From the NCBI GenBank assembly GCA_021399345.1, contig JAAFKI010000010.1:27046-91045 (forward strand): DNA of 64,000 nucleotides, written 5' to 3'. Made by a program: the position numbers and the translations under genes. Source of the DNA: Candidatus Heimdallarchaeota archaeon. Its GTDB lineage: Archaea > Asgardarchaeota > Heimdallarchaeia > Heimdallarchaeales > Heimdallarchaeaceae. Positions 19,841-29,037 of the stretch are shown piece after piece (within the stretch, counting starts at the first letter, position 1; every line of letters begins with the position of its first letter). Below the pieces are notes generated by a model, which had not been told where the DNA came from, searched no databases, and worked only from the letters and a program-made list of their open reading frames with translations.

Positions 19841-21520
19841 GTGTCTCGAAAATCCTATTTCGTTCCTACAATAATCATTGGGAAATTACTTCTGTTTTTC
19901 CTTATACTGTACTTCAATCTAGGGATGTATGGGTTCGATTCATATCTTCATTTGCAATATGTTGATTCCATAATTAGTAATGGTCATATTTTGGAGCTTC
20001 CCATAGCACCATCTTATGCAGATTTTATTGGCTTTCATGTTTTTGCTTCAGCCATTTCTTCAATGACGGGATTAGAAGCTAATATAATCTATGAATTTGT
20101 GAGTACAATAATTCCAATACTTATTTTTGATTTGACCATAGTTGCATTTATTCGTCACATGGATAAAAAGAAAAAAGGATACATATCCAACGATGTAAAC
20201 TTAAAATATCTAGCACTGATTTTACTCTATCCTGCAATTATAGGAATTCAGATGCTCTTGGGACGACCCAATTCATTAGGAATAAGTTTATTCAGCCTGT
20301 GTTTATACTTATATCTATGCAAACCTGAAAGATTTAGAGCACAGATCTTAGCTGGTTTTCTTGCAATTGTTACACTCAAAGTTCATCATCTTTCTGCAAT
20401 TTTCCTATTGCCTGTCATATTTTTTAGTAGTATATTTTTAGCTAAAAACTACAGAGCTATACTTTCTCTAGTTTATGCCATTCCTGCTGTTTTAATAATA
20501 CGAATTATACAAACTTCAAGAGAATTTTTTATAGTAAATCAATACTTAGAGGGGGCAAGCCCAGCTTATAAAAAAATGTATGATATTTTCATCAAAAATG
20601 AATATTTATTTCTAATTGCTTGGCTAGCAATAACTTTACTTGGATTTTTCATAAGAATGAGATACGGTGAAAAAATATCTAATTTCTTTTCTTCTAGAAA
20701 ACCAACCAAAATAATCTTAATTTCCTCAGTGTTTGCCATAGTAATTCTTGAGGTGTCTGGATTGTTTGTATATACTACTGCTCTTAATTCATGGTTTGTT
20801 ACATTGGAACTCGGAATTATTGTGGTTTTGAGTGGGATTGCTCTGATATTCAACAATACTGCGCGAATAGCGTTATTTTCACTTGGTTTCTTTTTCTATG
20901 GTTTAACGGTAATTCTCTCTCTCATGTTTAAATCTGAGCATGAGCTTTCTTGGGTAGCCCCAAGAACTTTTATTTTCACAATTCTCTTTGTTAGCATATT
21001 AGCTTATATTACAATATCAGATATTCTTCCAAGACTTAAGGCTAAATGGAAAACACTTTTTGTTTCTGCCCTCATACTAAATTCTTATTTTAGCTTTGCT
21101 TACATGGGCAACCAATATCTACCGGGATATAATCTGACAAATTCTTATCAGGACATGACAATTGCTTATAGTATAGATTCAGCTGTTAATCTTTCAATAA
21201 TCACACAATTAACAATAAGCATTCCATTTTCAATTTCAAAATTTATAGATGGTTTCAATATTTACAATCGCAATACTCAAGTGTTTTTAAATTCGAGCAA
21301 GACGATTCAAGAGAACGGATATCTAATAGCAGGTTCAAACTATAGATACATAGTATTAGGCACGGTTATGGATTTGTGGTTGGGGCTTCCTATGCGTTTG
21401 TCAACACAAGAATTGACTTATCTTTTGAATGTTTTACGACAAGGCTTTCCATGGCCTAATAGACCAACCTTACATGTTGTTATAAGTAACAACCACAATT
21501 ATCTCTTATATCCTTTGTAG
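19841..21520 (+). CDS. polytopic membrane protein, possible GT-C fold glycosyltransferase
   Basis: More than 10 hydrophobic segments; GFDSYLH loop after TM1; soluble C-terminal domain. Confidence 0.55.
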   Translation: MSRKSYFVPTIIIGKLLLFFLILYFNLGMYGFDSYLHLQYVDSIISNGHILELPIAPSYADFIGFHVFASAISSMTGLEANIIYEFVSTIIPILIFDLTIVAFIRHMDKKKKGYISNDVNLKYLALILLYPAIIGIQMLLGRPNSLGISLFSLCLYLYLCKPERFRAQILAGFLAIVTLKVHHLSAIFLLPVIFFSSIFLAKNYRAILSLVYAIPAVLIIRIIQTSREFFIVNQYLEGASPAYKKMYDIFIKNEYLFLIAWLAITLLGFFIRMRYGEKISNFFSSRKPTKIILISSVFAIVILEVSGLFVYTTALNSWFVTLELGIIVVLSGIALIFNNTARIALFSLGFFFYGLTVILSLMFKSEHELSWVAPRTFIFTILFVSILAYITISDILPRLKAKWKTLFVSALILNSYFSFAYMGNQYLPGYNLTNSYQDMTIAYSIDSAVNLSIITQLTISIPFSISKFIDGFNIYNRNTQVFLNSSKTIQENGYLIAGSNYRYIVLGTVMDLWLGLPMRLSTQELTYLLNVLRQGFPWPNRPTLHVVISNNHNYLLYPL

Positions 21521-22663
21521 GTGAATAAAATGGATCCTCTAAAAATTGTTCAAGTTACTCCTTTCTTCGGTTCAAGAAGTTATGGGGGCACTGAAAGATA
21601 CGTGAGTAATCTTTCAACTGAACTTGCAAATAGAGGTCATCAAATTGATGTTTTTACAACTAAAAATAGTACCAAAGTCCCCTACCAGAGTTATTACAAG
21701 AACATGACTGTTCACCGATTCTATAGTCCATGGAATGTTTTTGGTATTAATCCTGCATGTTTTATGTTTCATAAAATGCTCCAACTGAAGGATATTGACG
21801 TGTTTCATGTTCATTCCTATATATACTTCACAACTATTCAAGCTGCTTTAACTAAATTACTTAAGAGAACTCCCCTACTTTTACACATTCATGGAGGCGT
21901 AGGAAGACCCCCATACAAAACAGGATTCTTAAAGGAATTTGCAAAACTATTTTATGATTATACTTTAGGAAAATTTGTTCTATCTCAAGCAGATATAATT
22001 GCATCTGTTAGTTTACAAGATTCAAATTTGTTGGAAAAAACAATTCATTACAATCTCAATAGGATTATTATCGTAAATAATGCAATTAATCCAGAAGATT
22101 TTCCCGAGATTTCACCTGTTTTGCAGAAGGAAATTGTGATTTCATATATTGGAGATTTGGAACCATGGAAAGGCATCCTCTATTATTCAAAGGTCATAAA
22201 TAGGGTACTTAAACAGACAAAAAATATTTCTTTTTGGTTTGTGGGAAATGGGTCACTTTTCTCTGCTTTAAAAGATAAATTTGAAGAAGAAAAACGAGTA
22301 AAACTATTCGGAGCTATAGATCACAAAGAAATCCCCAAAATTTTAGAAAAGACACATATTTTAGTTCAACCTAGTTTCTGGGAAGGTTCTCCTACTACAA
22401 TAATCGAAGCAATGGCAATGGGTATTCCTGTTGTTGCTTCCAATATTGGTGATATTCCTAGACTTTTGAACTCTGGTGAAGATGGCATATTGTTTGAAGC
22501 CGGGAATGAAAACCAGTTAGAGGAAATAATCCTAAATGTTGCAAAAAACTATGATGAGCTAGTTGATACTGCAAGAAAAGCAAGGAGCAAAATCAGAAAA
22601 GACTTTGCTTTTAAGAATGTTACAAATCAAATTGAGGATTTGTATTATAAATTAGTTTCGTGA
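21521..22663 (+). CDS. glycosyltransferase family 4
   Basis: YGGTERY, GHQI, HIHG, PWKG, PSFWEGSPTTIIEAMA. Confidence 0.93.
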   Translation: MNKMDPLKIVQVTPFFGSRSYGGTERYVSNLSTELANRGHQIDVFTTKNSTKVPYQSYYKNMTVHRFYSPWNVFGINPACFMFHKMLQLKDIDVFHVHSYIYFTTIQAALTKLLKRTPLLLHIHGGVGRPPYKTGFLKEFAKLFYDYTLGKFVLSQADIIASVSLQDSNLLEKTIHYNLNRIIIVNNAINPEDFPEISPVLQKEIVISYIGDLEPWKGILYYSKVINRVLKQTKNISFWFVGNGSLFSALKDKFEEEKRVKLFGAIDHKEIPKILEKTHILVQPSFWEGSPTTIIEAMAMGIPVVASNIGDIPRLLNSGEDGILFEAGNENQLEEIILNVAKNYDELVDTARKARSKIRKDFAFKNVTNQIEDLYYKLVS

Positions 22664-22699
22664 TTAGACCGCTTGGTTTCACAATCCATTAAGTTTTTA

Positions 22700-22912
22700 A
22701 AGGAGTATCAAGGTACTGAATCGGTGGTTAAGTGGTCGTACAGAGGGATGAAGAAATGCTCTCCTGTGAAAGGACTTCGTTTTATTGATAATAGTTCGTT
22801 TAGAGTAGAGTTTATTCCACAAACCATAAAAATTAAACTGTTTCTTCAATTATTAAGATTAAAGTTAACAGTATTTGCTAAATCTTCAAACAGCTTTAGT
22901 AGCTTGTTTGGT
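22700..22912 (+). promoter_or_regulatory. long metG leader with predicted hairpins
   Basis: 310 nt gap; nested stems TATCAA/TTGATA, GTC/GAC, ACAG/CTGT, AGGG/CTCT; second hairpin 22887-22910. Confidence 0.35.
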
Positions 22913-22973
22913 TTCCAAGTTCTACCAAATATGAATTTAAGCAAAAAAATCAATTCGAAAGGAGTGATTAATA

Positions 22974-25025
22974 ATGTCTAAGGAAAAATGGGTTATCACT
23001 GCAGCATGGCCCTATGTTAATACAGTACCACATCTAGGAACAATGCTTCAATTACTTAGTGGAGATGTTATTACTCGATACCACAAATTGAAAAAGCATG
23101 ATGTTGTTTATGTTAGCGGATCTGACGCACATGGGACCCCAATTGCTATCGCTGCAGAAAGTGAAGGATTAAGGCCAGGTGATCTTGCCTTAAAGTACCA
23201 TAATGCAATATTGGACCTGCTTGAAAAATGGAATATTAATTTTGATAGATATACAATTACTAGCAATGAAACCCATGTTTCATTTGTGCAGGGATTCCAT
23301 AAAAAAATTCATGAAAATGGTTTTTTCAATCTAAAAGAATCTGAACAACACTTCTGTGAAAAATGCAATAGATTCTTGCCTGATCGATTTGTTGAGGGAA
23401 CGTGTCCTAAATGTGGTGTTAAAGGAGCAAGAGGAGATCAATGTACAAATCATGAATGTGGGATTGTACTAAAACCAATAGATTTGATAGATCCATATTG
23501 TTCAACTTGTGGTTCTACACCAGTTCTCAAGAAAACCAAACATTGGTATTTTGATTTACCAAAATTTTCCTCTGAACTGAAAGAGTTTGCAGAGAAAAAC
23601 TCACACATACCTCCGTTTGCTAAGCAAAAAGTTCTTAGTATGATTGATGAAGGTCTGAAGGAACGGCCCATATCAAGAGATATGTCTTGGGGAATATCAG
23701 TTGGACCAATTTTCGGTGAAGAATTTGCAAAAAAGGTTCTTTATGTTTGGTTTGAGAATGTTCTAGGATATATCAGTACAGTGAAACTTCTCGCTGAAGA
23801 AGAGGGTAATCCCAAAAGATTTGAAGAATTATGGTTTGATAAGGATACTAAAACAGTATTTTGTATTGGTAAGGATAATATCATCTTTCATGCATTACTT
23901 TTTCCTGCTATGTTGTTAGCTACCAAAGATTCTTATCCACTACCACATGCTATAGCAACTACAAACTTTCTCATGTTTAAAGAAGGACCTTTTTCAAAAT
24001 CAAAAGGAATAGGTATTTGGGGAGATGAAGCTATAGCTATCCTTTCAGCTGATTATTGGAGGTATTATCTGATAGCTAATAGACCTGAACTTAAAGACTT
24101 CTATTTTGATTGGGATGAATTTGTGGGTTCAATAAATGTCGATTTGAACGATGTAATAGGGAATTTTGTGCACAGAACCCTAACTTTTATAGCTCAACAT
24201 TTTGACGCAAAGGTACCTCCAAGAGTAAACATAGATAAAACTGAGAAAAAACTCTTAGAACAAGTAGAAAATAACATTCTAGGTTACATAGAAGCAATGG
24301 ATAATTTTAAGCTAAAAGATGCCGCAAATATTACAAGAAACATAGCTAGATTAGGCAATCAATATTTCTCCTCAACCGAACCCTGGCATTTGATAAAAAC
24401 TGATAAAGAAAAAGCTGGTACTGTGTTGAATATTTCAGTCAAGATAGTAGAGATACTTTCTGTACTTCTTTGGCCAATAACACCAGGTACTGCTGAGATT
24501 ATATATTCAGCAATTGGTTTTAATGAAAATATCACAGATAAAGGAATAGACTGTCTTACTATAGATGATATAAACACTGGAAAGAAAACCCAAAAGATTC
24601 CTCCCGTGTTTGCTAAGGTAAAGGTAACGGATGTACAAAAACGATTAGTTAATTTTAGAAAACCAAATCCAACAGAAACTCAATTAGGTGATAATAAAAT
24701 GGGAAAAATTAGTTTTGATGAATTCAAGAATGTACAACTAAAGGTTGCTACGATCTTAGAAGCAGAACATGTTGAAAAAAGCAAGAATTTAATCAAACTT
24801 CAAATTGATTTAGGCTCAGAAAAAAGACAGATATTAGCAGGCATTAAGAAATTCTATGAACCAGAAGATCTTATTGGGAGACAGATTATTGTAGTAGTAA
24901 ATTTGCAACCCGCTACCCTCATGCGTGAAAAGTCCAATGGCATGCTTTTAGCTGCTGATATTGATGGAGAACCAATTTTGTTAAATGTAGATAGAGAGGT
25001 ACCGCCAGGTACAAGTATAACATGA
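22974..25025 (+). CDS. metG: methionine--tRNA ligase with C-terminal tRNA-binding (Trbp) domain
   Basis: AWPYVN..PHLG, GSDAHG, Zn knuckles, LYVWF, IGKDN, FSKSKG, C-terminal OB fold. Confidence 0.98.
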   Translation: MSKEKWVITAAWPYVNTVPHLGTMLQLLSGDVITRYHKLKKHDVVYVSGSDAHGTPIAIAAESEGLRPGDLALKYHNAILDLLEKWNINFDRYTITSNETHVSFVQGFHKKIHENGFFNLKESEQHFCEKCNRFLPDRFVEGTCPKCGVKGARGDQCTNHECGIVLKPIDLIDPYCSTCGSTPVLKKTKHWYFDLPKFSSELKEFAEKNSHIPPFAKQKVLSMIDEGLKERPISRDMSWGISVGPIFGEEFAKKVLYVWFENVLGYISTVKLLAEEEGNPKRFEELWFDKDTKTVFCIGKDNIIFHALLFPAMLLATKDSYPLPHAIATTNFLMFKEGPFSKSKGIGIWGDEAIAILSADYWRYYLIANRPELKDFYFDWDEFVGSINVDLNDVIGNFVHRTLTFIAQHFDAKVPPRVNIDKTEKKLLEQVENNILGYIEAMDNFKLKDAANITRNIARLGNQYFSSTEPWHLIKTDKEKAGTVLNISVKIVEILSVLLWPITPGTAEIIYSAIGFNENITDKGIDCLTIDDINTGKKTQKIPPVFAKVKVTDVQKRLVNFRKPNPTETQLGDNKMGKISFDEFKNVQLKVATILEAEHVEKSKNLIKLQIDLGSEKRQILAGIKKFYEPEDLIGRQIIVVVNLQPATLMREKSNGMLLAADIDGEPILLNVDREVPPGTSIT

Positions 25026-25234
25026 TCTATCTCTAATAAAGACAAGACAACATTAAGTAATATCCCCAAATAGCTCACAAAACTGTGTAGAAGTGCTTTT
25101 AGCGCCTTTTTTTCCTTTATTTTTTTAGAAACATATATACGAGAAGACTATGCGAAAATAGAGAAGTATATTCCCCTAATATTACATCTCCTTTAAATAG
25201 AAATTGAGGAGGAAAACTAGAGGTGCAAAAAGGA

Positions 25235-25390
25235 ATGAAACTGGTTACAGTACATCTACCCGATGAGTTTCTTCATGATTTGGATGAGCTTGTCAGACTT
25301 AAGAGATATCCTAATAGAAGTGAATGTATTAGAGTAGCAATTCGTGATTTGTTAAAGGAAGAAATGTGGAATAAAACCAATGCCTTTTAA
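25235..25390 (+). CDS. 51-aa ribbon-helix-helix (CdrS/CopG-like) regulator, missing from ORF track
   Basis: Manual translation MKLVTVHLPDEFLHDLDELVRLKRYPNRSECIRVAIRDLLKEEMWNKTNAF; upstream GAGGTG. Confidence 0.9.
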   Translation: MKLVTVHLPDEFLHDLDELVRLKRYPNRSECIRVAIRDLLKEEMWNKTNAF

Positions 25391-25422
25391 TCCACTCTAT
25401 ATCCTTCTTTCTTCTTAATTAA

Positions 25423-26061
25423 TCATAAATGTATTTGAAAAGCTCTGATGATTTTTTCATACAAAGATAAGTGAGTCCCAGCTGATTTTGTTTTCCTCTT
25501 TCTTATAAGTTCAATTAACTCATCAAGCGTTGTAATTTCTTGCTCTAGAATTGTATATGCCATTCCAATATCTTTTACTCTATGAGAATCACTACCACCA
25601 GTAACGGGTAATTTAGCCTTTTCTGCCCATTTCTGTGCTTTTACATTAAAACTATTAAAAGGAGATGCACCATTCATGGTTTCAACAACAATCTCTTTCA
25701 AGCCATAAATTTTCTTTCCTATACCTTTTCTAGTAAAATCAAATGGATGAGAAGCTATAGGGAGGCCATTCTGGTCATTTATTTTTTCTATAGTTTCCTC
25801 AATAGTCAAATACTTTTGAATTGTTTCTTTAATCCCCAATCCTATTATATGGCCACTTTTAGTGGATATTTCTACACCAGGAATGATTATTAATTGATCA
25901 TCATTATGTCCATTCTGGTGAAATTTGATAGAATTATGATCAGTTATCGCAAGTCCTGCTAGTCCTCTATTCTTTGCTTCTTTGATAATATCCTCTGGCT
26001 TGCTTTTACAATCATTTGAATAGTAACTATGAACGTGGAGATCAAAACGAATTTCTTTCAT
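25423..26061 (-). CDS. PHP domain metal-dependent phosphoesterase
   Basis: DLHVHS, ITDHN, GVEIST..GH, SHPF, GGSDSH. Confidence 0.92.
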   Translation of the reverse strand: MKEIRFDLHVHSYYSNDCKSKPEDIIKEAKNRGLAGLAITDHNSIKFHQNGHNDDQLIIIPGVEISTKSGHIIGLGIKETIQKYLTIEETIEKINDQNGLPIASHPFDFTRKGIGKKIYGLKEIVVETMNGASPFNSFNVKAQKWAEKAKLPVTGGSDSHRVKDIGMAYTILEQEITTLDELIELIRKRKTKSAGTHLSLYEKIIRAFQIHL

Positions 26062-26087
26062 TATAATCTGCCCCTTTCTAATTTCAA

Positions 26088-26735
26088 TTAATTCTCTTCT
26101 TGTTCATCATCAAAGATTAAGCGTTCAAGTTCATCCAAATCATGAATATCTACCATATCCTCTTCATTTTCAAGTCCTACCCACAATTTATCTTTGTCTC
26201 CTTTTAGATCTCTCATTCTCTCTTCAAGGAACTTGTAAACAGTACTATGTTTTGAACCATTAATGAGTTTAATAATACCTTCTCTGACAACTTGCAATAC
26301 TCTCTGCTCAGAAATTATTCCAACTGTGTTTCCAAAAACAGAAATATATGAACCCGATGTTTGCTCGATTATGTTTCTAGTTTTTCCTTTTTGTCCAATA
26401 AGTCTTGATCTTACTTCTCTTAGAGCATTAGTTGAAGGCCCTACAAAATCTCTTAATTGTAATAGATCAAAACCATAAGAGGAATTGTTAATCTGGTAAG
26501 CTTTCTGAGGACTAAACCCTCGTCCAATAGCTTTTACCATGTCTCTAGCTTTCCACAAACTTATAGGGTCCTCTAATTCTTCCTCCTCTACTAAAATGAT
26601 TACATCTCCGCTGTTACTGTCAATCATCAATTTTGTATCTGTAAGATCTTCTATCTTCTTTTTTGTGCTCCCTTTTGGTCCAATTAGTACAGCAATTCTT
26701 TCCACCGGGATTCTTACTAGAAATTCACTTGCCAT
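26088..26735 (-). CDS. Dim2/Pno1-like KH-domain rRNA processing protein
   Basis: LIGPKG, AIGRGFSP, RLIGQKGKT, GSKHSTVY. Confidence 0.93.
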   Translation of the reverse strand: MASEFLVRIPVERIAVLIGPKGSTKKKIEDLTDTKLMIDSNSGDVIILVEEEELEDPISLWKARDMVKAIGRGFSPQKAYQINNSSYGFDLLQLRDFVGPSTNALREVRSRLIGQKGKTRNIIEQTSGSYISVFGNTVGIISEQRVLQVVREGIIKLINGSKHSTVYKFLEERMRDLKGDKDKLWVGLENEEDMVDIHDLDELERLIFDDEQEEN

Positions 26736-26746
26736 AATTTTTTCCT

Positions 26747-27547
26747 CTAGAATTCAATTGATTTTACCTTGGGACTTGGAAGAGTCCCAGTTATCTGTTC
26801 ATAAATCTCGTCATTTGTGTCAGTTTCCACTCCTTGAGAAACAAAATATCTGTTAATATTTGAAATATCTCTGTACAAGAAAGCAGGCGCATAAGGATGA
26901 TCCAGAAGAACTGCTTGTGAAACATCAATAAAAACGGGATTTTTCTTATAGAAAAGAATATTATACTCACTTAAGTCAGCATGTATTAATCTCCCATCTT
27001 GATACATTCTGAACATCATATCTATTACATCAGAGTAGGTTTTATTTGCTTTCTTTAATTTTACATCTTTTAATAGAGGAGCAGCTTCTTGATTCTTTCC
27101 AATAAATTCCATTACTAATACATTCTTTGTAACAATTATGGGAGATGGAGCACGAATGTTAACTTTCTCCATTCTTTTCAGATTTTTTAACTCCTTTCTA
27201 GCCCAAGTGTAAATAAAGGAATATGTACCCTTTTTATAACCTTTAAAACGTGGATCTCCCTCTACATACATCCAATTTTTCTTAAATTCAGCTGTTGTTG
27301 TACGATAGATTTTGATAGCTAATTCTTCGTTCTTATACCCATATCCATGATAAACATTAGCTTCCTTCCCCGTTGAAACACAGAATCCTATGTCTTTAAT
27401 AACACCATTATTCATTAATTTAACAATTAACATACTTGTTTGAAAATCAAAAACGCTCTCAATTACTTTAAGCGTATCCCTATCTTTCTCTCGGATACGT
27501 TCTTTGTCAATTCTTTCATCAAATTTGTCCATATTTTTATTTGACAT
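26747..27547 (-). CDS. rio1: RIO1 serine kinase/ATPase
   Basis: STGKEANVY, AIKIYR, VLVMEFIG, IHADLSEYNIL, IDVSQAV. Confidence 0.95.
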   Translation of the reverse strand: MSNKNMDKFDERIDKERIREKDRDTLKVIESVFDFQTSMLIVKLMNNGVIKDIGFCVSTGKEANVYHGYGYKNEELAIKIYRTTTAEFKKNWMYVEGDPRFKGYKKGTYSFIYTWARKELKNLKRMEKVNIRAPSPIIVTKNVLVMEFIGKNQEAAPLLKDVKLKKANKTYSDVIDMMFRMYQDGRLIHADLSEYNILFYKKNPVFIDVSQAVLLDHPYAPAFLYRDISNINRYFVSQGVETDTNDEIYEQITGTLPSPKVKSIEF

Positions 27548-27737
27548 ATACTTATCACTTCTTCTTAATTTGAGAGCGAGTGTTTATCGACGCAGAGAAA
27601 TATTCCCTAGGAGGCGATGAAAGATAATGTTGCTTTCACTAATGAATTCAATAGAAGCTAAATAAAATTATTGTTAAGCTTAAAAACCAATTAAAAAACA
27701 TAAAAACAAAAATATTTGTCTTTTGAAATTCTTTTTG

Positions 27738-28106
27738 TTATATAACAAAGTCTTCAGGAATATGCTTATTATTAATCAACCATCTTACTTCATTTTTTCT
27801 GAAACGATGAACTAATTCACCCTTTTCATCAGGATTCATCCCATAAAATGGAAAGATTATAACTATATCACCAACTCTGCACCACATTCTTTTTCTGTAT
27901 TTACCAGGTATGCGAATTTGTCTTGTAAAACCATCTAAGCATTTAACTAGAAGGATACTAGCTCCTAGTATTTGAAGAACTATCCCGAATATTTCCCCTT
28001 CTTTAGGAAGTTGTGCTCGGATGGCATCAGAATCTTCAGTAACCCAATCTCTTGCGCCTCTACCTTTTGGTTTCTTCTTAGGTTTAGTCGGTTTTCTATA
28101 ACTCAA
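27738..28106 (-). CDS. eif1a: translation initiation factor aIF-1A
   Basis: LPKEGEIFG, CLDGFTR..RIPGKYRKRMW..GD; conserved position before rio1. Confidence 0.93.
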   Translation of the reverse strand: MSYRKPTKPKKKPKGRGARDWVTEDSDAIRAQLPKEGEIFGIVLQILGASILLVKCLDGFTRQIRIPGKYRKRMWCRVGDIVIIFPFYGMNPDEKGELVHRFRKNEVRWLINNKHIPEDFVI

Positions 28107-28239
28107 ATCTTTACCTCAACCAGAGAAAGTGCAATAGCTTAAAATAGTTTTTGTTTAATTAAGAATTTCTTAGGTTTGAAAGACTTCCAGAACGAAACAA
28201 ACAAAAAGGATAGTATAAAGATGGTGGTGAGGTACAAAG

Positions 28240-28650
28240 ATGAGCTATAAAGAATTATTAGAACGAGCGCGTGGACAATTACCTGAAAAAGTGTTTGAAC
28301 AATCACGATTTGAGATTCCTAAAATATCTTCTGTTGTTGAAGGAAACAAAACTTTCATTGTTAACATTAGAGATGTACTTACTGGAATTGATAGAGAGGC
28401 TAACCACTTTCTCAAATACATGGCAGGAGAGCTCGCAACTTCTGTTACAATGGAAGGATCTAGAGCTGTATTTGCTGGAAAACATGCCAAAGTAACACTG
28501 CAAACCTTACTTGAAAGATATGTAAAGGAATATGTTATCTGTGGAGAATGTGGAAAACCAGATACAAAACTAATCACAGAATCACGCATTTTAAGGAAAA
28601 GATGTGATGCTTGCGGAGCATCAACTGCAGTTAAGCCCCTTAGAAAATAA
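28240..28650 (+). CDS. eif2b: translation initiation factor aIF-2 beta
   Basis: YKELLERA..LP, RFEIP, ELAT, YVICGECGKPDT, CDACGA. Confidence 0.96.
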   Translation: MSYKELLERARGQLPEKVFEQSRFEIPKISSVVEGNKTFIVNIRDVLTGIDREANHFLKYMAGELATSVTMEGSRAVFAGKHAKVTLQTLLERYVKEYVICGECGKPDTKLITESRILRKRCDACGASTAVKPLRK

Positions 28651-28673
28651 ACATCCTCAAGCTGGTTAATACG

Positions 28674-28991
28674 ATGACAATCTTCTTCATGAAAGTAATT
28701 GAGCAGAACAACGAAAGATTGATCGCTGCTTGTGATAAAGAAGTTATGGAAATGGAGTTAGATAGTCACGGAGTTAAGCTGAAAGTCAGTTCTAATTTTT
28801 ACGGAAAAGAGCTAGTAACAGAGAAAGAATTTTTAGATTCCATCAAAAATTGTACCTCTGCCAATGTAATTGGAATCAAAATCATTAAATTGCTTGTCGA
28901 GAACAGAATGATTCATGAAGATGCGGTTCTTTGGTTAAAACATCCAGAAAAAGCAAAAGAGAAAATAGGGCATGCCATCCTAATAACATAA
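28674..28991 (+). CDS. DUF424 family protein
   Basis: LIAACDKE, FYG, ANVIG; conserved archaeal position between eif2b and nmd3. Confidence 0.85.
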   Translation: MTIFFMKVIEQNNERLIAACDKEVMEMELDSHGVKLKVSSNFYGKELVTEKEFLDSIKNCTSANVIGIKIIKLLVENRMIHEDAVLWLKHPEKAKEKIGHAILIT

Positions 28992-29037
28992 GTAAAAAAA
29001 CTCTTATTTTGTATAGAGGGAAGAAAAATATAGAAAG

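Noticed and set aside
22700-22795. SAM-I riboswitch or T-box call for the metG leader
   Set aside because: Only an AUC/GAU-like closing helix resembles SAM-I; the GCAAC, kink-turn/pseudoknot and T-box GGTGGNACCGCG consensus elements are absent.
22673-22981. 102-aa ORF upstream of metG
   Set aside because: TTG start, no recognisable motif, overlaps the metG start; better explained as a non-coding leader.
27612-27650. Fluoride riboswitch-like GGCGATG...CTAATGA
   Set aside because: No TCGCC partner for P1, and it is on the strand opposite the flanking genes.
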